Below, piece by piece: positions 22,876 through 32,696 of a stretch of DNA of 64,000 bases. The position numbers and the translations under genes were made by a program. Source of the stretch: an uncultured bacterium. Its GTDB lineage: Bacteria > Armatimonadota > Abditibacteriia > Abditibacteriales > Abditibacteriaceae. Position 1 is the stretch's first letter. Every line of letters begins with the position of its first letter. The notes beneath the pieces were generated by a model that was not told the DNA's origin, did not search any database, and saw only the letters and a list, made by a program, of their open reading frames with translations. The stretch is from assembly GCA_963843795.1 (NCBI GenBank), contig CAWJLW010000006.1:1798001-1862000 (forward strand), given 5' to 3'.

Positions 22876-24480
22876 ATGATTGATTCTTCAACTCCTCAAA
22901 GCTCAAAATCCGCTAACACAGCAGCGAATATCGCACCTCTAAACGTCATGCGTCGACTGGTCATTAGCTTCATTTCATTGTTGGGAGTTTCATTATTTTT
23001 AGTAGGGTTTTCGATTTTCAACTTTCAAAAATTGGCTGAGGCCAATCTTTGGAACATTCACACTTATCGAGTTTTGCGAGCGACGGGCGAAATCGACAGC
23101 GCGCTCACCAGCATGGACGCCGATGTGCGCAACTTTCTGTTGGCGGGAAATCCGCAAGAAATGGATTTGTACGCAAGGCATCGAGAAAACTTTGAAATAC
23201 AATGGAAGAACGCTTACGATCTCACTTCCGACCGCTCGGTTCAGCAGGAGCGTTTACGACTCTTGCGCTCCGATTTAAATTTGTGGCAGCAACAAGTGCA
23301 AAAAGTCATCGCTATCCGGCGCGCTACTCCCGACACAGCGCGCTCGCTTCAGCGCACCACTCCAAGTGCTGGAAAGCGTAACAACTTATTGCGCCTCATG
23401 CGCGAAAAGTTGAACGAAATGGAGCGGACCGAAGAAATGCTGTTGGAGTTGCGCCAGCAGAAACAGGAAGAAGCGCAGCAGCGCACCAAACTGACATTGT
23501 GGATTGGCGCCATCTTTTCGATTTTGCTGAGCGTAGGACTATTCACTCTGGTCGCCAGTAACACACAGCGATTGGCGCGCGCTAATCAAGAGCTCGCACG
23601 CAGTAATGCGGAAATCGAAGCCGCACGTCAGACCGCTGAACGAATGCAGGGCGAAGCCGAACAAGCGCAAGCCGAAGCCGAACGAGCGCGCCGGAAGATT
23701 GAAACCGCTAATCGGGCTATTGAGCGCTCTAACCTCGAATTACAGCGTTCCAATGAAGAGTTAGGACATTTCGCTTACGTCGCTTCGCACGATTTGCAAG
23801 AACCATTGCGCGCCATCAGCGGTTGTGTACAAATCCTGCAACGCCGTTATGAGGGCCAACTCGATGAGCGCGCCGACCAGTTCATCCAGCATGCGGTTGA
23901 TGGCACGCAGAGAATGCAAACGCTGATTCTCGACTTGCTCGCTTACTCGCGCGTGGGCACGCACGACCAAAAGCTTTCCGAAATCGAAGTGCAAACTCTC
24001 ATTGCGCACGTAAAAATCAGCCTCAGCGAACAAATTGCAGAAAGCAACGCCCAAATTACGCAGGACGCCATGCCAACTGTCGTAGGCGACGCTCAGCAGT
24101 TGGAACAGGTATGGCAGAATTTTATTTCCAATGCCATTAAATTTCGCGGCGATAAAGCGCCGCAGATTCATCTGAGCGCGACGCGCGACGAGGCCAGTAA
24201 AAGCTGGGTCTTTTCGGTGAGCGATCACGGTCCCGGCATCGAGCCACAGTATTTCGAGCGCATCTGGGTGATGTTTCAGCGCTTGCACTCGCGTAGCGAA
24301 TACCCCGGAACGGGCATTGGATTGGCAATTTGCAAAAAAATTATCGAACGCCATGGAGGCACAGTCAGCGTTGAATCGAAAGTTGGAGAAGGCACAATTT
24401 TTCGCTTTTCAATTCCCGACCAACTCACCGATAATTGTCCTCTCCCTGACACGAGTGATGCGGACGACCTTTGCTTATAA
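22876..24480 (+). CDS. CHASE3 sensor histidine kinase
   Basis: TM-CHASE3 (HTYRV...RNFLLAG)-TM, coiled coil, FAYVASHDLQEPLR, YPGTGIGLAICKKI. Confidence 0.92.
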   Translation: MIDSSTPQSSKSANTAANIAPLNVMRRLVISFISLLGVSLFLVGFSIFNFQKLAEANLWNIHTYRVLRATGEIDSALTSMDADVRNFLLAGNPQEMDLYARHRENFEIQWKNAYDLTSDRSVQQERLRLLRSDLNLWQQQVQKVIAIRRATPDTARSLQRTTPSAGKRNNLLRLMREKLNEMERTEEMLLELRQQKQEEAQQRTKLTLWIGAIFSILLSVGLFTLVASNTQRLARANQELARSNAEIEAARQTAERMQGEAEQAQAEAERARRKIETANRAIERSNLELQRSNEELGHFAYVASHDLQEPLRAISGCVQILQRRYEGQLDERADQFIQHAVDGTQRMQTLILDLLAYSRVGTHDQKLSEIEVQTLIAHVKISLSEQIAESNAQITQDAMPTVVGDAQQLEQVWQNFISNAIKFRGDKAPQIHLSATRDEASKSWVFSVSDHGPGIEPQYFERIWVMFQRLHSRSEYPGTGIGLAICKKIIERHGGTVSVESKVGEGTIFRFSIPDQLTDNCPLPDTSDADDLCL

Positions 24481-24582
24481 CAAAAGCCGTTGGCAACCGA
24501 TGCACCTGCTTAAACCTAGAAGCAGTAGAATAAAAATGTTCGGGAACTTGCGGTGCAAGTACTTGCAGGGGAGAATTGGGGC

Positions 24583-25014
24583 ATGAAACCAATCGAGATT
24601 TTATTAGTAGAAGATTCGCCAACTGACGTGCTGTTAGCGCAGGAAGCGCTGATGCACGCCAAAGTGCTGAACAAGTTACACATCGTTAGTGATGGTGTGG
24701 AAGCGATGGATTTCTTGCAGCGCAAAGGCCCTTACGCTGAGATGCCGCGCCCCGATTTGATTCTGCTCGACCTTAATTTGCCACGCAAAGACGGTCGCGA
24801 AGTGCTGGCCGAAGTCAAGGCCGACGATGAACTCAAGCGCATTCCGGTTGTCGTTCTCACCACTTCCAAAGCCGAAGAAGATATTTTCCGCGCCTACGGT
24901 TTGCACGCCAACTGTTACGTTACCAAACCAGTCGATTTCGAGCGCTTCAGCGATGTCGTGCGTGCCATCGAGACGTTCTGGTTCACCGTTGTCTCACTGC
25001 CTGAAAGCACTTGA
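24583..25014 (+). CDS. Single-domain response regulator (Rcp1-like)
   Basis: [30 protein letters not shown]. Confidence 0.92.
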   Translation: MKPIEILLVEDSPTDVLLAQEALMHAKVLNKLHIVSDGVEAMDFLQRKGPYAEMPRPDLILLDLNLPRKDGREVLAEVKADDELKRIPVVVLTTSKAEEDIFRAYGLHANCYVTKPVDFERFSDVVRAIETFWFTVVSLPEST

Positions 25015-25087
25015 AAACCAAGATTAATGCTTTAAATCTCAGACTTCATCTTTAATAAAGCTCCTTATAATTCGCTTTTTTGTTGCC

Positions 25088-26716
25088 ATGACTAAAACTT
25101 CTCTTCAAGTACTTTTAGTAGAAGATAACCCTACCGATGCTTTGTTGGTGGAAGTTGCGCTTGAAGAAACCGTACCGCCAGCGCAGCTGGTTCATGTCAC
25201 GCGTTTGGCCGAAGCCATTGAGCTTTTGCAACAGCGTGAGTTCGATATTGTGCTAATCGATCTTGACTTGCCCGATAGTCAGGGCTTGGATTCTTTCGAG
25301 CGCGTCCATGCTCTCGCTCCGCAAGTTCCCACCATCGCGCTTACCGGTCTGAGCGATGAAAAAATGGCCATCGAAGCCCTGCAGTCGGGAGCTTCCGATT
25401 ACCTGATTAAAGGTCAGACCGGTTCAGCGTTGCTCGAGCGTTCGATGCGTTACGCTATCGAACGTAAGAAAACGGAAAACCAGCGCATCGAACTGATTCG
25501 TGCCCAGACCGAACGTCAAGAAGCCGAAGCCGCTAACACGGCCAAAGACGAATTTTTGGCCACACTTTCTCACGAATTGCGCACACCACTCAACTCGATT
25601 CTGGGCTGGGCTTCGCTTTTGCGCATGCAGAAAATGGATCAGGAAACGCAGTTGAAAGCCTTCGATACCATCGAACGCAGCGCGCGCGCACAAGCCCAAC
25701 TCATCGACGATCTTCTGGATGTTTCGCGTATTATCACCGGCAAATTATCGCTGCAACAAAACCCGCTTGATCTTAGCGAAATCGCGCGCAATACCTTGGA
25801 TAACCTTCATCCTCAAATCGCAAGCAGCGAACTTCAATTCGAAAGGGAATTGCAGCCAGCGTGTTGGGTTTGTGGAGATGCAGTCCGCCTGCAACAGGTA
25901 ATCTGGAATTTACTAACCAACGCCATAAAATTCACGCCCGCCAAGGGCACGATTTGGGTGAAGGTAGCCCGCGACGAAGCCGCAAAGGAGATTGTTTTTT
26001 CCGTGCGCGATACAGGACAGGGCATCGACGCTCGCTTTCTACCTCACGTTTTCGACCGTTTTCGCCAAGCCGACAGCTCGACCACACGCCATCATGGCGG
26101 TTTGGGTTTGGGCTTATCCATCGTGCGTCATCTGACCGAAAGCCACAAAGGTCGCGTCAGCGCGCACTCAGACGGCCCAGGCACGGGCGCCACGTTTCAA
26201 TTGGTTCTTCCCTGCGTTGAAAATTTGGACGAAAGTGAGTGCGCAATCTCCAGTTCACGGATTAATTCGGGTGGCCGAGACAATGCAAGAACCCAAGTCG
26301 GCCTATCACGCGTCGCTCACAATAGCCAGATGCTTTTGTTGGGTCGCAAAATTCTGGGCATCGATGACGAAGCCGATGCTCGTAATATCGTGCGCAGCGC
26401 TCTAAGCGCGTGCGGCGCGCAAGTCAAAATGGCGGCCTCAGCCCACGAAGCCATGCAATTGGTGCAAAGCTGGCTGCCCGACATCATTGTTTCCGACGTC
26501 GGAATGCCCGACATGGACGGCTACGAACTCATGCGTCGCATACGCCAACTTCCTCCTGAAAATGGCGGGCTGATTCCCTCGATTGCTTTAACCGGCTATT
26601 CGCGCAGCGAAGAACGCGAACGAGCGCTGGCAGCGGGGTTTCAAACTTTCTTGCCTAAACCGATAGACACCCAATTGCTGGCACAAACCATCGCCGATTT
26701 GTTGAAGCGCAATTGA
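25088..26716 (+). CDS. Hybrid sensor kinase REC-HisKA-HATPase-REC
   Basis: N-terminal REC, LSHELRTPL, GGLGLGL, C-terminal REC (SDVGMPDMDG). Confidence 0.92.
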   Translation: MTKTSLQVLLVEDNPTDALLVEVALEETVPPAQLVHVTRLAEAIELLQQREFDIVLIDLDLPDSQGLDSFERVHALAPQVPTIALTGLSDEKMAIEALQSGASDYLIKGQTGSALLERSMRYAIERKKTENQRIELIRAQTERQEAEAANTAKDEFLATLSHELRTPLNSILGWASLLRMQKMDQETQLKAFDTIERSARAQAQLIDDLLDVSRIITGKLSLQQNPLDLSEIARNTLDNLHPQIASSELQFERELQPACWVCGDAVRLQQVIWNLLTNAIKFTPAKGTIWVKVARDEAAKEIVFSVRDTGQGIDARFLPHVFDRFRQADSSTTRHHGGLGLGLSIVRHLTESHKGRVSAHSDGPGTGATFQLVLPCVENLDESECAISSSRINSGGRDNARTQVGLSRVAHNSQMLLLGRKILGIDDEADARNIVRSALSACGAQVKMAASAHEAMQLVQSWLPDIIVSDVGMPDMDGYELMRRIRQLPPENGGLIPSIALTGYSRSEERERALAAGFQTFLPKPIDTQLLAQTIADLLKRN

Positions 26717-26815
26717 AAACCCCTATCGCAAGTGCTTCAAGTACTTGCAGCACGATTTTCACTTATCGCAAAACCTTCAGCGCGCTAAACACGACTTCGT
26801 TAAACTGCGCGGGCT

Positions 26816-28664
26816 ATGAATAACTTAAATACAACTCTTCCCGTGCGCGAAGACATTCGCAATTTGGCGATTGTGGCGCACGTCGATCACGGAAAAACCA
26901 CTCTTGTGGATGCCATGCTCAAGCAGGCGCACACTTTTCGCGCCAACCAAGAAGTGCGCGACCGCGTCATGGATTCGATGGACTTGGAGCGCGAACGCGG
27001 CATTACCATCATGGCCAAAAACGCCGCCATGCGCATTCAGCGCGAAGAAAACGGCAAAACGCGCGAATACAAAATCAACATCATCGACACACCCGGCCAT
27101 AGCGATTTCGGCGGCGAAGTCGAGCGCGTGCTCAAAATGGCCGATGGCATTCTGCTCTTGGTTGATGCTTCGGAAGGCGTATTGCCGCAAACCCGATTTG
27201 TGCTGGGCAAAGCCTTGGAAGCGCATCTGACGCCGATTGTTGTCATCAACAAAATCGACCGTCCCGACGAGCGCATTTCCGCCGTTTTAGACGAAATTTA
27301 CGGTTTGTTCATCGACTTGGACGCCGATGAAGATCAGCTTGATTTTCCCGTTGTTTACGCCATCGGTCGCGATGGCATTGCTAAGTTGGCGGTCGAAGAC
27401 GAAAGCGACAGTTTGGAACCGTTGTTCGATACGATTCTCAACACTGTGCCGCCACCGCGCGCTGATGTCGAGGGCGATTTGCAAATGCTGGTCACCAACA
27501 TCGATTACAACGATTATGTGGGCCGCGTGGCGATTGGCCGCATTGTGCGCGGCGAAATTCGCGTCAACGAAGACGCCGTAATTTGCAAGTTGGACGGCAA
27601 GCAGCAGCCGTTCCGCGTCACGCAATTGTTTGAATTTGAAGGTTTGAAGCGCGAAGTCGCACAAAGCGCGCAAGCGGGCGATATCGTCGCTTTGGCGGGC
27701 GTTGAAGGCATTGAAATCGGCGAAACCGTCGCCGCAGCGTCCAATCCCGAAGCGTTGCCGCCGATTATCGTCGATGAGCCGACGATTGCGATGCAGTTCG
27801 CCGCCAACACCAGCCCATTAGCCGGACGCGAAGGCAAGTTCGTCACCGGTCGCCATTTGCGCGACCGTTTGGCCAAAGAAACGCTGGGCAACGTCTCGAT
27901 TCGCGTCGAGCCGACCGAAGATGCCGACGCTTTCAAAGTTTCGGGTCGCGGTGAATTGCAATTGGCGATTATCATCGAAACCATGCGCCGCGAAGGCTTC
28001 GAACTGCAAGTTTCGCGTCCCGAAGTCATCACGCGCGAAGTGGATGGGGAAAAGCAAGAACCCATCGAACACGTTTTTGTCGATTGCCCCGATACTTCCA
28101 TCGGCGTAGTCACCGAATCGTTGGGCCGTCGCAAAGGCACAATGACCAAGATGAGCAATCACGGCGGCGGTCGCGTGCGCATGGAGTTTCAAATTCCTTC
28201 GCGCGGCCTCATCGGTTTCCGCAGCCAATTCCTCACCGACACGCGCGGCATGGGCTTGCTGAACACGCTTGTTTTCGCACTTCGCGCCGTGGGGCGGCCC
28301 GATTCCGCAGCGCCCGAATGGTGCTTTAGTTTCGGATCGCGCCGGCGCGACGACGCCGTACGCGATCGGCAACTTGCAGGAGCGCGGCACGATGTTCATC
28401 AGCCCGCAAACCGTGGTTTACGAAGGCATGGTCATCGGCGAAAACGCGCGCGAAAACGACTTGAACGTGAACATCACCAAAGAAAAGCAGCAGACCAACA
28501 TCCGCAGCTCGACTTCCGACATCGCGGTGAAACTCGTGCCGCCGCAAGTGCCGACGCTGGAGCGCGCACTGGAATGGATCAACGATGACGAACTGGTCGA
28601 AGTCACGCCGCAAAGTTTGCGCATTCGCAAGAAAATTCTGTCGGGGAATAGACGCGAGAAATAA
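26816..28664 (+). CDS. typA: Translational GTPase TypA/BipA (frameshift near 28270)
   Basis: [29 protein letters not shown]; the C-terminal YEGMVIGE...[13 protein letters not shown] lies in a shifted frame. Confidence 0.93.
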
Positions 28665-28679
28665 ATTGTTTGAACGAAG

Positions 28680-28717
28680 CAAAAAGCGCGTGGCAAGTAC
28701 TTGCCACGCGCTTTTTG
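28680..28717. terminator. 38-bp perfect palindrome on the repeat core; likely bidirectional terminator
   Basis: CAAAAAGCGCGTGGCAAGT|ACTTGCCACGCGCTTTTTG between convergent typA and the TPR gene. Confidence 0.75.
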
Positions 28718-28734
28718 TATTTGTGTCGTGCAAT

Positions 28735-29613
28735 TCAAGGAATTTTGGCAGCGTCGCGGATGGCGGCGTCGGCTTTGTCACGCGGCCACATTTGAATCAT
28801 GGTGCTTTTAGCGCTTTTAACTTGTGCAGGATTGCCGAAACGAACGGCGCGCGTGAACATCGGCAAGGCTTCGTCGTAGCGTTTCAAGTCCATGAGTGTT
28901 CTCGCCTGCACATAAGCCAACATTCCATTGCGCGGGGCCAGTTTGAGTGCAGGTTCAAAGTTAGCAACTGCTTCTTTGTAGTCGCCTGTAGAACGGGCCT
29001 CTGCTCCACGCGCCAAGAGAATACTGGCTTCCAAAGCGCGCACGTCATCAATGCCAGGCAGGTCTTCTTTGTTGACGCCGGTGTTGCGCAGCAGATACCT
29101 GTCCGAATACGACTTTTTGGCGTTCTTGTAATCGCCCAAGCGAATGAAACAAAAAGCAACGTTGAGCGATAAGCCGGGATTGGCGCTATGAGAACGCGCC
29201 ACGCCATAGCTTTCCAGCGCTTCTTCGTATTGACCTTTGGCCAATTGAATGTCGCCCAGCAGCTCTTTGGGCCAATCAGCTGCGTAGCTCCCACGAAAAA
29301 TCTTTATCGCCTCGCGGCACTTACGCTCTGCCGCATCCAGATCGCCCTTGTGCAACAACTCTCTGGCTGCTTTGACCCGGTCATCACCAGGCTTCATCGG
29401 GTCTTTGGCTGGATCGTAGTTAGGATTTTGAGGAACTTTGGACTGTCCTTTTACCGGCGCTGGTAAAGCCACTTCTTTAACATCTTGTGGCGGCTCAATG
29501 GCCTGAGTTGTCCTTTGGCCCGCGCTGTTATCTTGGGCTTGCACCGCCAGTAGCGCCGCCAAAGCGCCTACTATCACTATGCCTATTGTCCCTGTCAGGA
29601 AAACACGTCTCAT
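28735..29613 (-). CDS. Secreted tetratricopeptide-repeat protein
   Basis: Signal peptide; LGDIQLAKGQYEEALESY, GDYKEAVANFEPALKLAP repeats. Confidence 0.8.
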   Translation of the reverse strand: MRRVFLTGTIGIVIVGALAALLAVQAQDNSAGQRTTQAIEPPQDVKEVALPAPVKGQSKVPQNPNYDPAKDPMKPGDDRVKAARELLHKGDLDAAERKCREAIKIFRGSYAADWPKELLGDIQLAKGQYEEALESYGVARSHSANPGLSLNVAFCFIRLGDYKNAKKSYSDRYLLRNTGVNKEDLPGIDDVRALEASILLARGAEARSTGDYKEAVANFEPALKLAPRNGMLAYVQARTLMDLKRYDEALPMFTRAVRFGNPAQVKSAKSTMIQMWPRDKADAAIRDAAKIP

Positions 29614-29922
29614 CTTCGTCTCCTTTGAAATCAAGTTTTATTGACTGTGCAAACGCCACAAAACTTCGTATATGTGATTGGCTTTCAAAAATCAAACAAG
29701 ACAACACTTTGAAGCTGCCGCAGTCCGAGATTTGACGATTGGATTATTTCCACTGATAATTATGCCACGCAATTTCTCGTAGAAGTTATTTTTCTCAAAG
29801 AGTCATATTTTTTCGTAATTAGGCTGCAAACTTAAATCGAGAGTTTTTCGTAGATGCGGTTCTGCAAGTACTTGCAGAACCATTTTTCTCGCACCATCAG
29901 CTCCAAATGTGCTTAATTAAAG

Positions 29923-30345
29923 AGTGGAAAAGTGGGCGGGATGGTCGCGCTTTCGAGTCGCAAGCGAAAGTGAGGAAAGTCCGGACACCACAGGGCAAAA
30001 CGGTCGCTAACCGCGACTCATTTCAAACGCGAGTTTGGAATGCGGAACAGGGCCACAGAAATATACCGCCGCAGATTCGTTTGCGGTAAGGGTGAAATGG
30101 TGCGGTAAGAGCGCACCGCCGCGACGGTGACGCAGCGGGCACAGGCAACCTCCGTTTGGTGCAAGTCCAAGCAGAACGCGCTTCAAAACTTCGGTTTTGA
30201 TACACGCGGCTCGCACAGCGTTCGGGTTGGATGCTATCGGTTTTGGAAACGAAATCGGTCACACATCAAGCAATTGGTGTGGCAGAGAAATGACCATCGG
30301 CGTCAGAGCGCCACAGAATCCGGCTTATAAGCCCGCTTTTCCACT
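29923..30345 (+). ncRNA. rnpB: RNase P RNA (type A-like)
   Basis: GAGGAAAGTCC (29972), AGGGTGAAATGGTGCGGTAAGAGCGCACC, ACAGAATCCGGCTTA (30313); P1 pairing AGTGGAAAAGTGGGC / GCCCGCTTTTCCACT. Confidence 0.96.
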
Positions 30346-30382
30346 TTTTCTCAATTAATTCAACTATCATTCAGGGAAATAG

Positions 30383-30416
30383 AAAAGCGCACTGCAAGTA
30401 CTTGCAGTGCGCTTTT
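30383..30416. terminator. 34-bp perfect palindrome on the repeat core; likely bidirectional terminator
   Basis: AAAAGCGCACTGCAAGT|ACTTGCAGTGCGCTTTT between convergent rnpB and the GGDEF gene. Confidence 0.72.
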
Positions 30417-30433
30417 GGTATCAATACTGGATT

Positions 30434-31921
30434 TTACTGCGAGCCGAGCACGCCGATAATTTCCTGATCGCGGTCGATGGCGGGAAATAAATTCGGATAG
30501 CGAACACCTTTTTTGGCGACAAACAAAGCGGCATCGGCGTCTTGTAGCAGTTCGGCCAGTTCTTCGCGAATCGAGAGCGGTTCTTGATAAGGTTCATCAC
30601 CACCCGACTCGTTTTCTGCCGGCGTCTGATAGTAAGGATCGCCATCATTTCGACGTTCGGCTTCACCTATGGAAACCGAAACTGGCAGCGGCCTGTTTTG
30701 CCAGAGAAATTCCTGCGCTTCGATGGCCTGCTGCAACTTTTCGTGCAGTTGCATCGCGCCTTCGACCGGAGTTTCGGGCAACAGGATGGCGAATTTTTTG
30801 GCTCCAAAGCGCGCCACGATGTCGCTGTCGCGCGTCCAAGCACGGATTGTTTGCGCCACACCGCGCAAAATCGCGTCGCCGCATGCATAGCCAAAAGTTT
30901 TGTTGAATAGCTTGAAATGATCGATGTCGATCATCAGGCATGCCAATTTATGATCATAACGGCGCGCGCGCTTGATTTCGCTGTGCGCCAGTTGAAAAAA
31001 GAAGCGGCGATTCAAAACTTGCGTCAAATCGTCGGTTTGCACTTGTTTGCTGAGCTTGTCGTTCAGCATTAAATGTTCGCGTTGTAACCGAGCGAAGCGT
31101 GTCCATAATTGCAAGCGAGATTTCAATTGCTCGACCGAACCGGCTTCCAAAAGCGCATCGGCTCCGGCACTTTCCCAGAAGTCCCAGTTGCGTTCCGCGC
31201 CGCTTTCCGCGCCGTCATCAGCGTTTGTGGGCAGCGCGACAATGACAACCGAACCCAAATTTTCGCATTCGTTTTTCACCTCGCGACATAAAGCCCGCAT
31301 TTCTTTGGAGCGCTGCGCGCCATCAATAATGACAATTTCAGAAGCGTTCACTTCTAAAACACCCCGCCAATGCTGGTCGCTGCACATCGTAACACCCTGA
31401 TCGACTTGAGCCAGGAGATGACGCACGCGATGCGCACTTTGCGCGGCTTCTTCATCGGGTTCAGCACCCGCGATGAGCAAAACGCTCACGCTTGATGGCA
31501 ACAGCGACACTCGAATACCGCCGCCTTCAACCAAAGCCGACATCGCGGTAGATGTAGGTAAAATCGAAGCCAACGGCGGCAATGCCAACGATGGCGCTAA
31601 TGAAAGTGAAGAATCATCAGAAAAAGCGGGCAAAGCTGCGCGGGCGGCATCTATATCCGCAGTTTCCGATTCCCCGACCCGAGCCTCAATTTCAGGCGCG
31701 CCGCGACCGGAAACACCTGCCGAAACCGGATCGCCGGAAACCGGTCCAGTGGGAACAGGCGGAAAATATTGCGAACGAGAAATTTTTTCGGCGGACACGA
31801 GAATTACACCTCTATCGAAAACCGGCTCACTCACGGCATGGGCACAATCGTTGCCAAAGAGAAGCGAACCACCAGGCACTGTCACAAACGAATTTGAAAC
31901 GTGAACACGGTTGCTGAGCAC
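30434..31921 (-). CDS. GGDEF-domain protein with a degenerate active site and pseudo-receiver region (start uncertain)
   Basis: TDDLTQVLNRR, MIDIDHFK..N..FGY..GD, RDSDIVARFGAKKF, VSVSIG. Confidence 0.8.
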   Translation of the reverse strand: MLSNRVHVSNSFVTVPGGSLLFGNDCAHAVSEPVFDRGVILVSAEKISRSQYFPPVPTGPVSGDPVSAGVSGRGAPEIEARVGESETADIDAARAALPAFSDDSSLSLAPSLALPPLASILPTSTAMSALVEGGGIRVSLLPSSVSVLLIAGAEPDEEAAQSAHRVRHLLAQVDQGVTMCSDQHWRGVLEVNASEIVIIDGAQRSKEMRALCREVKNECENLGSVVIVALPTNADDGAESGAERNWDFWESAGADALLEAGSVEQLKSRLQLWTRFARLQREHLMLNDKLSKQVQTDDLTQVLNRRFFFQLAHSEIKRARRYDHKLACLMIDIDHFKLFNKTFGYACGDAILRGVAQTIRAWTRDSDIVARFGAKKFAILLPETPVEGAMQLHEKLQQAIEAQEFLWQNRPLPVSVSIGEAERRNDGDPYYQTPAENESGGDEPYQEPLSIREELAELLQDADAALFVAKKGVRYPNLFPAIDRDQEIIGVLGSQ

Positions 31922-32120
31922 ATATATTCATTGTAACCCTTTTCTGATAAATTCGTCTCGCAAAGGAAATGGTTGGCAGCATTGGTAGCAATTGACACCC
32001 CTTTCAGTTCGTCAAGGTTGGCAAATATCCAAAAAATCGGGTGGCGGGAGAAATGCCAAAAAATGCAGACCTTTCCAGAGCATTACGGAATTTGTTAAAA
32101 TCATCTGCGCCTTTGTAAGC

Positions 32121-32194
32121 GCTCGTGTAGCCCAACTGGCAGAGGCGCCAGATTTAGGATCTGGAGGTTGAAGGTTCGACTCCTTTCACGAGCA
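32121..32194 (+). tRNA. tRNA-Leu(TAG), 74 nt, short variable loop
   Basis: Acceptor GCTCGTG/CACGAGC, D arm GCC..TGGCAGA..GGC, anticodon arm CCAGA-TTTAGGA-TCTGG, T arm GAAGG-TTCGACT-CCTTT, discriminator A. Confidence 0.88.
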
Positions 32195-32200
32195 TAAATT

Positions 32201-32236
32201 GTTTTGTCTCTCGCAAGTACTTGCGAGAGACAAAAC
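32201..32236. repeat. 36-bp perfect palindrome on the repeat core just after tRNA-Leu
   Basis: GTTTTGTCTCTCGCAAGT|ACTTGCGAGAGACAAAAC. Confidence 0.9.
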
Positions 32237-32287
32237 TTTGAAAATTCGTAAAAGCTAAAAAGAAGTTTGTTTTTTTTGCGCTAGCCC

Positions 32288-32316
32288 TTGCATAAGGAAA
32301 TGGAAAGCCGTATAAT
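32288..32316 (+). promoter_or_regulatory. Sigma70-type promoter for tRNA-Gly
   Basis: TTGCAT-17 nt-TATAAT preceded by an A/T-rich tract. Confidence 0.7.
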
Positions 32317-32377
32317 ACCTTTTCGTCCCTGATGGCAAAGTTGCTTGTAGAAATGTTTGCAGAGACAATTTTGGTGT

Positions 32378-32451
32378 GCGGAAGTAGCTCAGTTGGCTAG
32401 AGCATCACCTTGCCAAGGTGAGGGTCGCGAGTTCGAGTCTCGTCTTCCGCT
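32378..32451 (+). tRNA. tRNA-Gly(GCC)
   Basis: GCGGAAG/CTTCCGC acceptor, TCACC-TTGCCAA-GGTGA anticodon arm, GTTCGAG T loop, discriminator T; CCA not encoded. Confidence 0.96.
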
Positions 32452-32696
32452 TTAACATTTTCCGGTGATTTGAGTATTCAATTATTTCAATTTTCACTGC
32501 GCAATTTCCGCCCCGCCACCCCATTGTGTGCGGGGCGTTTTTGCGATTAAAAATCACTATCGAAGTTTTAATATCTTTTAAGATCGAAGTTTCGACTTAA
32601 ATTGATAGAATTGATAGGCCGGCAAAATTTCAACTAAATCCCGAAGCGAGCGAGCGCGTTTGCGTCCGAGAACCGTTTCGGCAGAGGAATCACACG

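Noticed and set aside
22876..26716. CHASE3 kinase / Rcp1-like regulator / hybrid kinase cassette as a novel system
   Set aside because: This is a common three-gene signalling arrangement with canonical motifs.
29907..30330. Short ORFs over 29.9-30.3 kb
   Set aside because: They overlap the RNase P RNA and show no protein features.
32121..32451. tRNA genes as integration sites of a genomic island
   Set aside because: No integrase and no duplicated tRNA 3' end were seen in the window.
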